Shown here piece after piece: positions 42,918 to 52,222 of a DNA stretch of 58,812 nucleotides. Position 1 is the first letter of the stretch; the number at the start of each line of letters is the position of its first letter. Made by a program: the position numbers and the translations under genes. The notes under the pieces were generated by a model. It was not told the DNA's origin and did not search any database. It saw nothing but the letters and a program-made list of their open reading frames with translations. Source of the stretch: Patescibacteria group bacterium (GTDB lineage Bacteria > Patescibacteriota > Patescibacteriia > UBA11705 > JABHMO01); NCBI GenBank assembly GCA_041666425.1, contig JBAYHA010000001.1, positions 1-58,812 on the forward strand. The letters run 5' to 3'.

Positions 42918-44138
42918 CTATTTTTTCAATAAATCAATTGCTTTGTTTAATTGTGGATCAATCTTTTTGTCAAAATCATCTTTGGTATATTCCACTTCAT
43001 AATCAGGCTTGACACCTTCTTCGTCAATACTACGCCCCTGCGGCGTAAGCCACTTGGCAATAGTTACTTTGACCGATGAGCCATCTGGTAATCGTTTAAC
43101 TTGCTGAACCGACCCTTTGCCAAAACTTTTTTGTCCGACCAATTTGGCCAAACCATAATCTTGCAACGCCCCAGCCAAAATTTCCGATCCGGAAGCACTT
43201 CCAACATCAATAAGCGCAACCGTTGGAATATCCTTGAAATACGCTTCATGCGTCGTATAATACTTATTTTCTTGGCCATTACCGAATTTTTCCACCATAA
43301 CCACATTGTTATCAACCCAATAAGAAGTCAAATCAACGGCTGTTTCTAAAATTCCTCCCGGATTACCTCTCATATCCAAAATAATTCCTTTTGGTTTTTT
43401 GTTTTTTATTTCTTCATAAATTCTAGCAAACAAAGATGATGTATCAGCATTAAACGCTTGTAGCTCAATATGCAACAAATCGTTTTTCCAGTTCCATTTC
43501 ACACTTTCGATAACTATTACCTCTCGCACAATTTTTACTTCAAAAGGGGCTTCTTCTCCTCTCACCACTAATAATTTTACTTCCGTTCCCTTGGGTCCGC
43601 GAATCACCTTGATGGTTTCATCAACAGAAAATCCAATAATATCTTTTTCATCAACCGCGTAAATTTTGTCGCCAGATTTTAGCCCCGCCTTTTCGGCCGG
43701 ACTACCCGGCAATGGCGCAATAATCACAATAATATCCTCTTTTTGGCCGATTTGCGCACCAATTCCTTCGAACTCCCCATTTATTTGTTCATCAAAACTG
43801 GCTGTATCCGTTGGATCAAAAAAAACAGTATATGGATCTTCCACGCCATCAACCATTCCCTTCAAAGCACCATAATATAAATTTTTTTCTTCAATTTTTT
43901 GTTTGTCAACAAAATCATTGGTGATAATAGAATAAACTTGTTTAAAAATTGAGCTATCAAATATCTGGGTCAATGGTTTTTCTTTGTAAAGTTCCGGATC
44001 AAAAACCAAATTGACTTTGCCTTCACCTATTTTGCCAAAAACATAGCCACTCGAAAATGAAGCAAACAACAAACAAGCCAAAACCACTAAACCAATTAAA
44101 AATTTATAAAATCTTTTTTTTGTTTTTGGTACGTTCAT
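42918..44138 (-). CDS. S41-family C-terminal processing peptidase
   Basis: N-terminal anchor, PDZ (GSPAEKAGLKSGDKI), catalytic GSASGSEILAGAL and KSFGKGSVQ. Confidence 0.85.
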   Translation of the reverse strand: MNVPKTKKRFYKFLIGLVVLACLLFASFSSGYVFGKIGEGKVNLVFDPELYKEKPLTQIFDSSIFKQVYSIITNDFVDKQKIEEKNLYYGALKGMVDGVEDPYTVFFDPTDTASFDEQINGEFEGIGAQIGQKEDIIVIIAPLPGSPAEKAGLKSGDKIYAVDEKDIIGFSVDETIKVIRGPKGTEVKLLVVRGEEAPFEVKIVREVIVIESVKWNWKNDLLHIELQAFNADTSSLFARIYEEIKNKKPKGIILDMRGNPGGILETAVDLTSYWVDNNVVMVEKFGNGQENKYYTTHEAYFKDIPTVALIDVGSASGSEILAGALQDYGLAKLVGQKSFGKGSVQQVKRLPDGSSVKVTIAKWLTPQGRSIDEEGVKPDYEVEYTKDDFDKKIDPQLNKAIDLLKK

Positions 44139-44186
44139 AATTATTAAAAATAAGTAGTGAGCATTAAGCCGTGAGCTAAAATAAAA

Positions 44187-45440
44187 TTATTCTACTCGTT
44201 CGATATCCGCGCCAAGGGCTTTTAGTCTTTGTTCAATTTTTTCGTAACCGCGATCAATCTGATAAATATTATCGATAACTGTCTGTCCGTCAGCAATCAA
44301 ACCGGCCAAAACCAAAGCAAAACCGGCACGCAAATCAGGACTGTCGAGGTGTCGTCCAAAAAGTTTTGTCCCGCCATTAATAATAACACGGTGCGGATCA
44401 CACATAATTATTTGGGCGCCCATTTGTACCAATTTGTCCGTGTAAAATAGACGACCTTCAAAAATAGTTTCATGAACCAAACTCACCCCCTGGGCTTGAG
44501 TTAACAAAACAACAACTGGTTGTTGCAAATCAGTAATAAAACCAGGATATTCATGCGTCACCACATTGACCGCTTTGATTTTTTTGTTAGCTTTTACTTC
44601 GAGCCAATTGTCGCCTCTGGTATATGGAACTTCCATACGATCAAACATGGCCAAAAGAGCTTCCAAATGTTCCGGAACACAATTGGTAACACGAATCGGA
44701 TCTCCACAAAGAGCACCCAAAATAGCAAAACTTCCTGCTTCGACTCTATCCGGAATAACTTCAAAAACATCGGCTGTTAAATTTTTGACCCCCTCAATAA
44801 TTATCGTATTTGTTCCGGCGCCGGAAATTTTGGCGCCACAACGATTCAAATATTCTGCCAAAGCCGGAATTTCCGGTTCACAGGCAGAATTTTTTAAAAC
44901 TGTTCTACCTTTTGCCAAGGTAGCCGTCATCATCAAAAATTCAGTGGCTGTAACGGAAATAATCGGAAAGAAAAATTCCGCGCCAACCAACTCTTTGGCG
45001 GTAAAGGTATAACCGGTTTCATCTTCGACACAAGTCGCGCCCAATTTTTGCAAACCATCAATAAATAAATCAATCGGTCTTTGGCCAATGGCGCAACCAC
45101 CCGGATGTGGCATATGAACTCGACCTTCGCGCAATAATACCGCACCCAATAATAAAACAGAAACGCGAATTTTCTTGACCAAGTTCGGATCCAAATCGGT
45201 CGTAATAATTTTTGTGGTTTTTATTTTGACCGTTTCGCCAAGGATATTAACGGAACTTCCCAAACTTTGACAAAGCTCCAATAACCGACTCACTTCTTCT
45301 ATTTGCGGAACATTTTTTATAACAACCTCTTCGGAACTTAAAAGAGACGCTGCAATAATTTTTAAAGCCGAATTCTTGGCTCCGTTGACTTTGATTTCAC
45401 CTTTTAATTTTTTGCCTCCTTTGATCAAAAACTTGGACAT
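44187..45440 (-). CDS. murA: UDP-N-acetylglucosamine 1-carboxyvinyltransferase
   Basis: KGEIKVNGAKNSALKI, catalytic-loop GGCAIGQRPIDL, and a C-terminal RGYE..LG..IE tail. Confidence 0.95.
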   Translation of the reverse strand: MSKFLIKGGKKLKGEIKVNGAKNSALKIIAASLLSSEEVVIKNVPQIEEVSRLLELCQSLGSSVNILGETVKIKTTKIITTDLDPNLVKKIRVSVLLLGAVLLREGRVHMPHPGGCAIGQRPIDLFIDGLQKLGATCVEDETGYTFTAKELVGAEFFFPIISVTATEFLMMTATLAKGRTVLKNSACEPEIPALAEYLNRCGAKISGAGTNTIIIEGVKNLTADVFEVIPDRVEAGSFAILGALCGDPIRVTNCVPEHLEALLAMFDRMEVPYTRGDNWLEVKANKKIKAVNVVTHEYPGFITDLQQPVVVLLTQAQGVSLVHETIFEGRLFYTDKLVQMGAQIIMCDPHRVIINGGTKLFGRHLDSPDLRAGFALVLAGLIADGQTVIDNIYQIDRGYEKIEQRLKALGADIERVE

Positions 45441-45515
45441 ACTTGAAATAAATTAAAACTTAACATAGTTTTATTTTAACACAATTTTATCGACAAATAA
45501 AGGCATCAAAAACGC

Positions 45516-45546
45516 AAAAAGGCTCTGACGGAAACAAAGCCTTTTT
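45516..45546. terminator. Hairpin AAGGCT-N12-AGCCTT with flanking A and T runs
   Basis: Lies between the stop of the giant ORF and the murA start. Confidence 0.5.
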
Positions 45547-45555
45547 GTATTAAAT

Positions 45556-48500
45556 TTACAGACCAAAAACATCTCCGTACACTTTTTTACCGGTGGAAAC
45601 TATCTTGGCGATATCTCCGGCGATTTGTCTTTTTGTCTCAGGATTATCGGCCATTGCCAAAGCATGTTGCAGTCTGGAAATCTTTGTCGCATCATCAAGA
45701 ACTTGCCCCTGACCTTCAGCAGTTCCCATTTTGTTTTCCAAAATCCGTCGAAAATTTTCTTTTAGAATACCCGCCTTCTTTAATCCAGGCTCAGTATCCT
45801 CCAATGGAGATGGCAAATCATTAGGGTCATAAACAAAGCCCTGATTACCTGTTGGTGTTTCCGCACTATCCGCCAAATTTGGCTGAGCTTTTAACATTGC
45901 TTCTCTAACTCGCAGACGAGTTCTCTTCGGCTCTTCTGGGATCTCCTTGTTAGTTGCTACTTCTTCTTTATTTTGCGTCGCTGTCTCTGTTTCATTATCC
46001 TCAACAGCAGATTCATCCGCCTCCAAGTCTTCGTCTGAGTTTTCGCCAAAATCAATTCCCGTCCGTTTGTGCGTGTCTTCTCCATACAAACCAAAATCCG
46101 GTTTTTCTTTTTCTGATGGTATCACCGGATTTGAGATCTTCTCTTCCGGCAAATCACCCACCGAAACCTTGCCATTCATCTTTTCAAAAACACTTTTTTT
46201 CATTTCTTTTAAACTGAATTTTTCCGTTGGATTAGTTTCTCCAACGGTATTGGACTCATTGAATCCGGAATTTTCATAAAATCTTCGAAAGCCATCATTA
46301 TCGACAAAACCAACCGGTTTGTCGCCAACTCGAATATTTCCAAAACGATCCACAGAGCGAACCGCCGTCCCTGATTGTTGAACTGGAACAACTTTTGGAC
46401 CAATCGATTTTTTGGGATGGTCGACTGGGTCAGCATGAGGATGATCAGAAGGGTCAGCGTGCGGATGTTCCTCTGGCAAAGCCACCCCAAACGGTTTTGG
46501 TGTTTCTGTTTCCGTTGGCAAAGTATCAAAAGTATTACTCGTTGTTTGACCAAAACCATCATTAGGGAAAATTACGGGAACCGGTTTTGGCGTAATCAAT
46601 TCCGGTTTTGAGTGATCAATTATTACCGGTGGGCGACCATCACCCAAATTACTTCCTTGCCCTTCAATAACACCACTCCGAGTCGGGACAACTTCCGACT
46701 TTAACATTCCGCGCAAAGTTTCGGCCACCAATCCGCTGGCCACAACAACACCCAATCCCAAAGCAGCCACTTTGCGCAAAGAGCGCATATATTTTTCATT
46801 TTTTTCTCTGGCCAACAAAGCCAAATCCGCTTCTTTTAATTTGTTGTTCAGCGCCTCAGTTATTTTTTTGTTATTTTTTTCAATTTCAACAATCGCGGTC
46901 TCTATCAAGTTAACCGCCTCATTGTTGCTCTGTTTTGCTTCAGCTTGCGCCTGAGTATTGATCAAAGGGTTTCGTTCCAAAATATTTCTTAATTCCTGAG
47001 CCACCTCTGGACGAAACTGCCAATTCGTTTCTTGCAACTCAGATTCTTTTATCTCTGAAGTCTTTTGCTCTTTGATCTTTTTGGCTATCTCGGGCAAAAA
47101 CATATCGGCACTGGCAATTCGCCGACCGGTTCCTCTTTTTTGATTATAACTATTCTCCGGACCGGAAATATGTTTGTCAATAAATGTTTGCACATCTTCG
47201 GGAAAACTTTTGAACATTTTTTCCAAACTGTCGATACCGGAAGTCCATTTTTTGTAGGCAGGTGTGGCGATCCTTTCTACCTTGGTCGTTGCTGAATTCA
47301 ACATTTCTTGGAACAATTTAATTTCCACAAAATACTTGAATTTTAGATAATCAACAACCTGCTTTTCAATAGTCGCGATTTTTTCATTTTTTAACTGAAT
47401 CGCCTCTTTTGACATCCCTGTGTTTTTTACTTGTTCTCTGATCAACATTTTATTTAATTTTCCGGAATCTTCAAATTCGTCGGACTTCAAACGACGATGC
47501 TTTTCTCTTAACAATTCCATAAAGGTCTGATCTTGCGATGGTTTTTTGCCATCCATGCTTAAAGTTGTTCCCAAATAAGTTACCAGTTTGTCCAATTCTT
47601 CATCAGGCATTTCTGGTAAAATTTCTTTTACTCTGGCAACTTTTAGCTCCATCTCTTTTTCGGAAAACATTTTTTGCTTTTCTTTGTTAAAAATTCGACT
47701 AAACATACCTAGGTTGTTCTCTTTTTTGAAAGCTCCCAATTCCGCTTTTTTTTCGTCATTCAAAGAAAGATTGCGCATATTCAATTTTTCGGCTGCTAAA
47801 TTCAACAAATCATAAGAACCGACTCCGGCACCAACTCCACCCATCAACCGACGCATGCCAACTACACCGCCAAGAACCATGAGCGGAGCTCCGGCCATAC
47901 CCAAGGCCACGCCACCTCCCAACAAACCAAGCCCTATCGCCATTCTGGCTTTGCCGGTTTTTTTGAAACTTTCATAGGTTTTTTTGCCCCAACCCTGTGT
48001 TTTTTCGAAAGATTCGGCGCGAGCATCCAAAACAAAAAGTTCAGCATCCATGGCTCTAATTATTCGTTCATTAACCGCCTCAGCGCGAAGTTCTTGCATT
48101 TCCAATAATAACTCATTATCTTTTTGCTTGATTTCTTGGAAATTCTTGCCATCAACCAACCGACGCAATACTCCACCAATACCATAATATTTGTTAACCA
48201 TCTCCGCATGAGTGTCAGCATATTTGTCAGAAACGTCAGCAAAAAACTCCTTATTTAACAAGGCTACCATTTTTTCCTTGACCCCAGGAATATTGGGAAA
48301 ACTTTCTACAATAGCACTTTTTGGCGAAGGCAATCTTTTTGCTATTAATTGCAAAACCTCAATCACCGTATCCGTCGGATAAATATGGCCATCAGTCGAT
48401 TTTAACTGCTCTCTCCCTGACAAAGCATTAACCAATTCGGTGAAACTGCGCGCCTTGTTGATATTTTGCCACAAAGAAAGTTCTTGTTCTTTCTGCCGAG

Positions 48501-49224
48501 CCAATTCTTTTCTTTTTTCTTCTTCTTTTGCCAATTCAATAGCCACATGATCAACCTTGGGCATTGAATTTTCATGACTGTTCACGATATTTTCACTTTT
48601 GGTTGATACAACTTCCGCCTGCTTGGCAAAATCATCCAAATTAAAAGTATGTCGATGATCAACACCGCCTGATTTTTTTTCAATATCATCTTCAAGACCA
48701 ATTATTTCCGCCTTTTTGGTTGAGATATTCTCTTTTAAACTTTTTTGCTGTTCGGTTAACTTTTTTAATTTATCAGCATCACCTTTTTTTGATTTTTCTT
48801 TGGCCTCCAAAGAATGAATCTCTTTTTGCACTTCTACCAACTCGACTTTGGCCAAATCATACGCCCTTTTTGCTTGAAGCATGTTGACCTCTTTGCTTTT
48901 GTCAGATTCTTTTTGCGCCAAATCACGTTCAATATTGACCAGTTCAACATCAAGCTCTCTTTTTGCAAGCTCCGACTGACGAATCAAAGACTGCGCTGAC
49001 TCCGCAGAAATATTTTTTAGTTTTTCAATCGAAAGATCAAACTTTTTTTTGATTTCTTCTACTTTTTTGGCAACTTCAAGTCTTATTTCTTCCACGGTTT
49101 TTTCCTTGATCTCGACTTTTGCTTCTTTGACCCCTTCTCCATGAACCCCTTTTGATTCCGGTTTTTTGCTTTCGTCCAAGTCCGGTTGACCGGGCTTGGT
49201 TGCTTGAGCGGATTGTTCTTGCAT
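45556..49224 (-). CDS. Giant (1222 aa) coiled-coil membrane protein of unknown function
   Basis: About 400 aa of N-terminal coiled coil, a Gly-zipper TM hairpin (IGLGLLGGGVALGMAGAPLMVLGGVVGM...GGVGAGVG), a second TM (AALGLGVVVASGLVA), and a Pro/His-rich repeat EEHPHADPSDHPHADPVDHP. Confidence 0.7.
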   Translation of the reverse strand: MQEQSAQATKPGQPDLDESKKPESKGVHGEGVKEAKVEIKEKTVEEIRLEVAKKVEEIKKKFDLSIEKLKNISAESAQSLIRQSELAKRELDVELVNIERDLAQKESDKSKEVNMLQAKRAYDLAKVELVEVQKEIHSLEAKEKSKKGDADKLKKLTEQQKSLKENISTKKAEIIGLEDDIEKKSGGVDHRHTFNLDDFAKQAEVVSTKSENIVNSHENSMPKVDHVAIELAKEEEKRKELARQKEQELSLWQNINKARSFTELVNALSGREQLKSTDGHIYPTDTVIEVLQLIAKRLPSPKSAIVESFPNIPGVKEKMVALLNKEFFADVSDKYADTHAEMVNKYYGIGGVLRRLVDGKNFQEIKQKDNELLLEMQELRAEAVNERIIRAMDAELFVLDARAESFEKTQGWGKKTYESFKKTGKARMAIGLGLLGGGVALGMAGAPLMVLGGVVGMRRLMGGVGAGVGSYDLLNLAAEKLNMRNLSLNDEKKAELGAFKKENNLGMFSRIFNKEKQKMFSEKEMELKVARVKEILPEMPDEELDKLVTYLGTTLSMDGKKPSQDQTFMELLREKHRRLKSDEFEDSGKLNKMLIREQVKNTGMSKEAIQLKNEKIATIEKQVVDYLKFKYFVEIKLFQEMLNSATTKVERIATPAYKKWTSGIDSLEKMFKSFPEDVQTFIDKHISGPENSYNQKRGTGRRIASADMFLPEIAKKIKEQKTSEIKESELQETNWQFRPEVAQELRNILERNPLINTQAQAEAKQSNNEAVNLIETAIVEIEKNNKKITEALNNKLKEADLALLAREKNEKYMRSLRKVAALGLGVVVASGLVAETLRGMLKSEVVPTRSGVIEGQGSNLGDGRPPVIIDHSKPELITPKPVPVIFPNDGFGQTTSNTFDTLPTETETPKPFGVALPEEHPHADPSDHPHADPVDHPKKSIGPKVVPVQQSGTAVRSVDRFGNIRVGDKPVGFVDNDGFRRFYENSGFNESNTVGETNPTEKFSLKEMKKSVFEKMNGKVSVGDLPEEKISNPVIPSEKEKPDFGLYGEDTHKRTGIDFGENSDEDLEADESAVEDNETETATQNKEEVATNKEIPEEPKRTRLRVREAMLKAQPNLADSAETPTGNQGFVYDPNDLPSPLEDTEPGLKKAGILKENFRRILENKMGTAEGQGQVLDDATKISRLQHALAMADNPETKRQIAGDIAKIVSTGKKVYGDVFGL

Positions 49225-49233
49225 ATAATTTGC

Positions 49234-49422
49234 TTATTTGTTGACAATATTTTTTATCTGAGCCAAAGCTTCGGCAATTTTTTGTTTTTCCACTTTTTTT
49301 AATCCATCGCGATAAGATTGTTCAGCCTGTTGTTGCAATTCGGCCATTTTTGAAGCAAAAACTTCATAAGCGCGATTCATCTTTTCAATAATTTTATTTT
49401 TATTTGCTTTTTGTCTTAACAT
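49234..49422 (-). CDS. Small helical protein (62 aa)
   Basis: Sits 9 nt upstream of the giant ORF and 11 nt downstream of 49434..49733 (operonic). Confidence 0.5.
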   Translation of the reverse strand: MLRQKANKNKIIEKMNRAYEVFASKMAELQQQAEQSYRDGLKKVEKQKIAEALAQIKNIVNK

Positions 49423-49433
49423 AAATAAACCGC

Positions 49434-49733
49434 TTATTCTTGTTCGGTTGCAGAGAGCATTTCCTCTTTGACTCGGACTATTTCTTCTTTCATGATTTCG
49501 TCAAAATTAGGAACTTTTTCGGCAATAAATGCCAAAACTTCTTCGGGACGACTTTCCATCTCACTCATCAAGGCGGAGTCTTCTGCTTTCATTTCGTTCA
49601 TCAAGCGAAGCATTACCCGCTTCATCACCAAATCAGTCATTTTGTCGATTAACGCTTTTTTTTCTTCTTCTGGCAATGATTCCAACCCCAATAAAGCGAT
49701 AATGTTTTCTGACAATAAATCTTTGTTAAGCAT
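49434..49733 (-). CDS. Small acidic helical protein, DUF5663-like
   Basis: ALLGLESLPEEEKKALIDKMTDLVMKRVMLRLM pattern as seen in CPR DUF5663 proteins. Family assigned from memory. Confidence 0.5.
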   Translation of the reverse strand: MLNKDLLSENIIALLGLESLPEEEKKALIDKMTDLVMKRVMLRLMNEMKAEDSALMSEMESRPEEVLAFIAEKVPNFDEIMKEEIVRVKEEMLSATEQE

Positions 49734-49907
49734 AATTGTTTTTTGTTTATTGAAATATTATAAAATAACGACTATTTGCCAATAAACCAATTATATCACA
49801 AATTATAATCAGCAACAAAATATAATTACCACCAAAACACAAAGTCTTCCTTTTTCACAATAAATATGCCATAATTAAACTAAATTAGAATAAATTAATT
49901 TCAATTT

Positions 49908-51230
49908 ATGAATATAAAACATCGTCGTTTGATCACTTTAATTTTTATTTCGATTTTTTTTATTGTTACACCGATTTTGCTTTTGTATACGGCCGGATAT
50001 CGTTATAATTTAAAAAAACTAAGTTTGCAAAAAACCGGCGCCATGGTCATCAAAACAGAGCCTTCGGGCGCCTTAATCTTTTTTAACGGCCAAAGCACAA
50101 AAGATTATACACCAACAAGAATAAATAATGTTTTGCCTGACGAATACCTTGTCTCCGCAGAAAAAGAAGGCTATTATTCCTGGCAAAAAAAAATGCTTTT
50201 TGAAAGCCAAAAAACCACCTTTGCGGAAGATATCTTTTTATTCAAAATATTCACCTCCGAACCGGTAAGCGAAGAAAAATATTCACGAGCCAACTTGAAC
50301 GAAAAAAAATTCGGGATTTACTCCACCTTTGAAAAAAACCAAACTGTTTTTTTTCTGCTAATCGACAGTTCGGCAAAAAGCAAACAACTTTTTTCCCTTA
50401 ACGGAGATATCCAAGATTGGCGTATTTTTTGGGACAACGAACAAACAGTCGGATTGTTCACAACCAAAAACGAACTCTGGCAAATAAAAACCGGAATCCC
50501 CCGGTCGGCGGAAAAACTGCCGTTCACCTCACCAACATTGCAAAAAGCCCTTTTTTATGAAAACGAACTTTATTTATTGATAGACAACCGAATCCAAAAA
50601 TACCAAAACAACAAACTGGTGACAATTTATCAAGCTGATACTTTTGAAAAATTATTAGATTTTTCCATCAGCAACAATCAGCTTTTCATCGTCAAAAATC
50701 TTTTGCAAAAAACCGTTTTAACCAAAGAACCACTAAACGAAACCGGACAAATCGAACAAAAATCACTCACTTTGAAAAACGAAAACTCCCGCTTACTCGG
50801 ACATTATGGCAACAAAATATTGCTAGTGGACAATGAAGAAAGGAATCTTTTTGTACTGAACGAATCAATTGACAGAATCGAATTCACAAAAAAAGATATT
50901 TTAGGGTTTGATTTCTTGACGGACAAAAATCGTTTGCTTATTTATACCGGACAAGAAATATCCTTCCTCAATTTGTCCGACGAAAATTTGTCCGAAAAAT
51001 TATTAACTCGGTTCAGCGAAAACATCCAAAAAGTTTTGTGGCATGCTTCCGGTAACTATATTTTTATTCTACAAAATAATATTATAAAAATTTTTGAAGT
51101 TGACGATCGCAACGGCCATTTTTCTCTGGATTTACCGGAAAACGACATCACCGACTTTACCGTTGATGCAAAATCAGAAACACTGATCTTGTCCAAAGAA
51201 CAAGCCTTGTGGAGTTATGAAATGAATTAA
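49908..51230 (+). CDS. Membrane-anchored PEGA-domain protein with beta-rich C-terminal region
   Basis: TM helix, then IKTEPSGALIFFNGQ...TPTRINNVLPDEYLVSAEKEGYYSWQK (PEGA). Confidence 0.6.
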   Translation: MNIKHRRLITLIFISIFFIVTPILLLYTAGYRYNLKKLSLQKTGAMVIKTEPSGALIFFNGQSTKDYTPTRINNVLPDEYLVSAEKEGYYSWQKKMLFESQKTTFAEDIFLFKIFTSEPVSEEKYSRANLNEKKFGIYSTFEKNQTVFFLLIDSSAKSKQLFSLNGDIQDWRIFWDNEQTVGLFTTKNELWQIKTGIPRSAEKLPFTSPTLQKALFYENELYLLIDNRIQKYQNNKLVTIYQADTFEKLLDFSISNNQLFIVKNLLQKTVLTKEPLNETGQIEQKSLTLKNENSRLLGHYGNKILLVDNEERNLFVLNESIDRIEFTKKDILGFDFLTDKNRLLIYTGQEISFLNLSDENLSEKLLTRFSENIQKVLWHASGNYIFILQNNIIKIFEVDDRNGHFSLDLPENDITDFTVDAKSETLILSKEQALWSYEMN

Positions 51231-51278
51231 AAAACACAAAAAAACTCGGAGCATTTCCGAGTTTTTTTGTTGAAAAAA

Positions 51279-52139
51279 TTATTTTGCGGACAAATAAACT
51301 TTGGTCAAATAAGCTTGGATAAAAGTCAAAGAAAACCCCTTGATCAAGAAAAAGGCAAATGCCAAAAGAAAAACAGAAAAAATAATCATGAAATTAAAAA
51401 CAATTTCCCCTATCGAAAAATAAAAAAACACCCCCAACAACATAAACGGCAGAAAAAACAAAGCCAAAATAAAAACCGAACCGATTCCCAAAGAAATCCA
51501 CAAACAAAGTTCCACCAACTTTGCCAGCAACAACTTTTGGTAATTGTTTTTGAAAATCAAAAATCCGCCGACAATGGACGCTTTGGCCGATTTTTTGGCA
51601 ATAATCGCTTCTCCGTAAATATAGTGCTTAAAAAGAAAAACAAAAATCAAATACACAACCAACGGAATCGCAAACAACAGAAACAAAAGCAGACTGTCAC
51701 GATTGATGCCCACTATGGTCAATGCCCCAAAGACAAGCGCCGGCAAAATCAACAACAACTCCAACAAAATAATTCTTGGCAAAAAAGTAAAACCGCTTTT
51801 GGCTATTCGCCCAAAAGGAATTAGATTTCCCGCAAAAAGTTGGCTCAGTCCGAAAATCAAAGAACTTCTGGCATAAATACTCAAAAAAACAAAAAACAAA
51901 ACCAAGACAACGCCAATAATCATCATGGTCGAAAATCCACCAACGCCCAACTGCTGTTTTAACAAAGTAAAAATTCCAGACAAAGACATTTGTCCGACGT
52001 TGACAAAATTAATTTTGTCAAAATCAAGAATTAGCAAACTACTCCCGATAAAAAAACCAAAAATCCACAACCAATGATTTTTGCGCGCCACAGTAAAGGC
52101 TGATTTCAAACAGGCGCGCAGAGAGAATGATGAAGGCAT
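51279..52139 (-). CDS. Polytopic membrane protein, unknown function
   Basis: About 7 TM helices. The antisense ORF 51267..51824 is a low-complexity shadow. Confidence 0.55.
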   Translation of the reverse strand: MPSSFSLRACLKSAFTVARKNHWLWIFGFFIGSSLLILDFDKINFVNVGQMSLSGIFTLLKQQLGVGGFSTMMIIGVVLVLFFVFLSIYARSSLIFGLSQLFAGNLIPFGRIAKSGFTFLPRIILLELLLILPALVFGALTIVGINRDSLLLFLLFAIPLVVYLIFVFLFKHYIYGEAIIAKKSAKASIVGGFLIFKNNYQKLLLAKLVELCLWISLGIGSVFILALFFLPFMLLGVFFYFSIGEIVFNFMIIFSVFLLAFAFFLIKGFSLTFIQAYLTKVYLSAK

Positions 52140-52147
52140 AAAACACG

Positions 52148-52219
52148 ATTAAGAATGTAGAATTGAGAATTAAAAAAATAAATCCAAGCTCCTTAATTCT
52201 TAATTCATAATTCTTAATT
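52148..52219. repeat. Inverted heptamer arrays (GATTAAGAATGTAGAATTGAGAATTAA / TTAATTCTTAATTCATAATTCTTAATT)
   Basis: The two arms are imperfect reverse complements separated by about 18 nt, directly downstream of the rfb ORF stop. Confidence 0.7.
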
Positions 52220-52222
52220 TAA

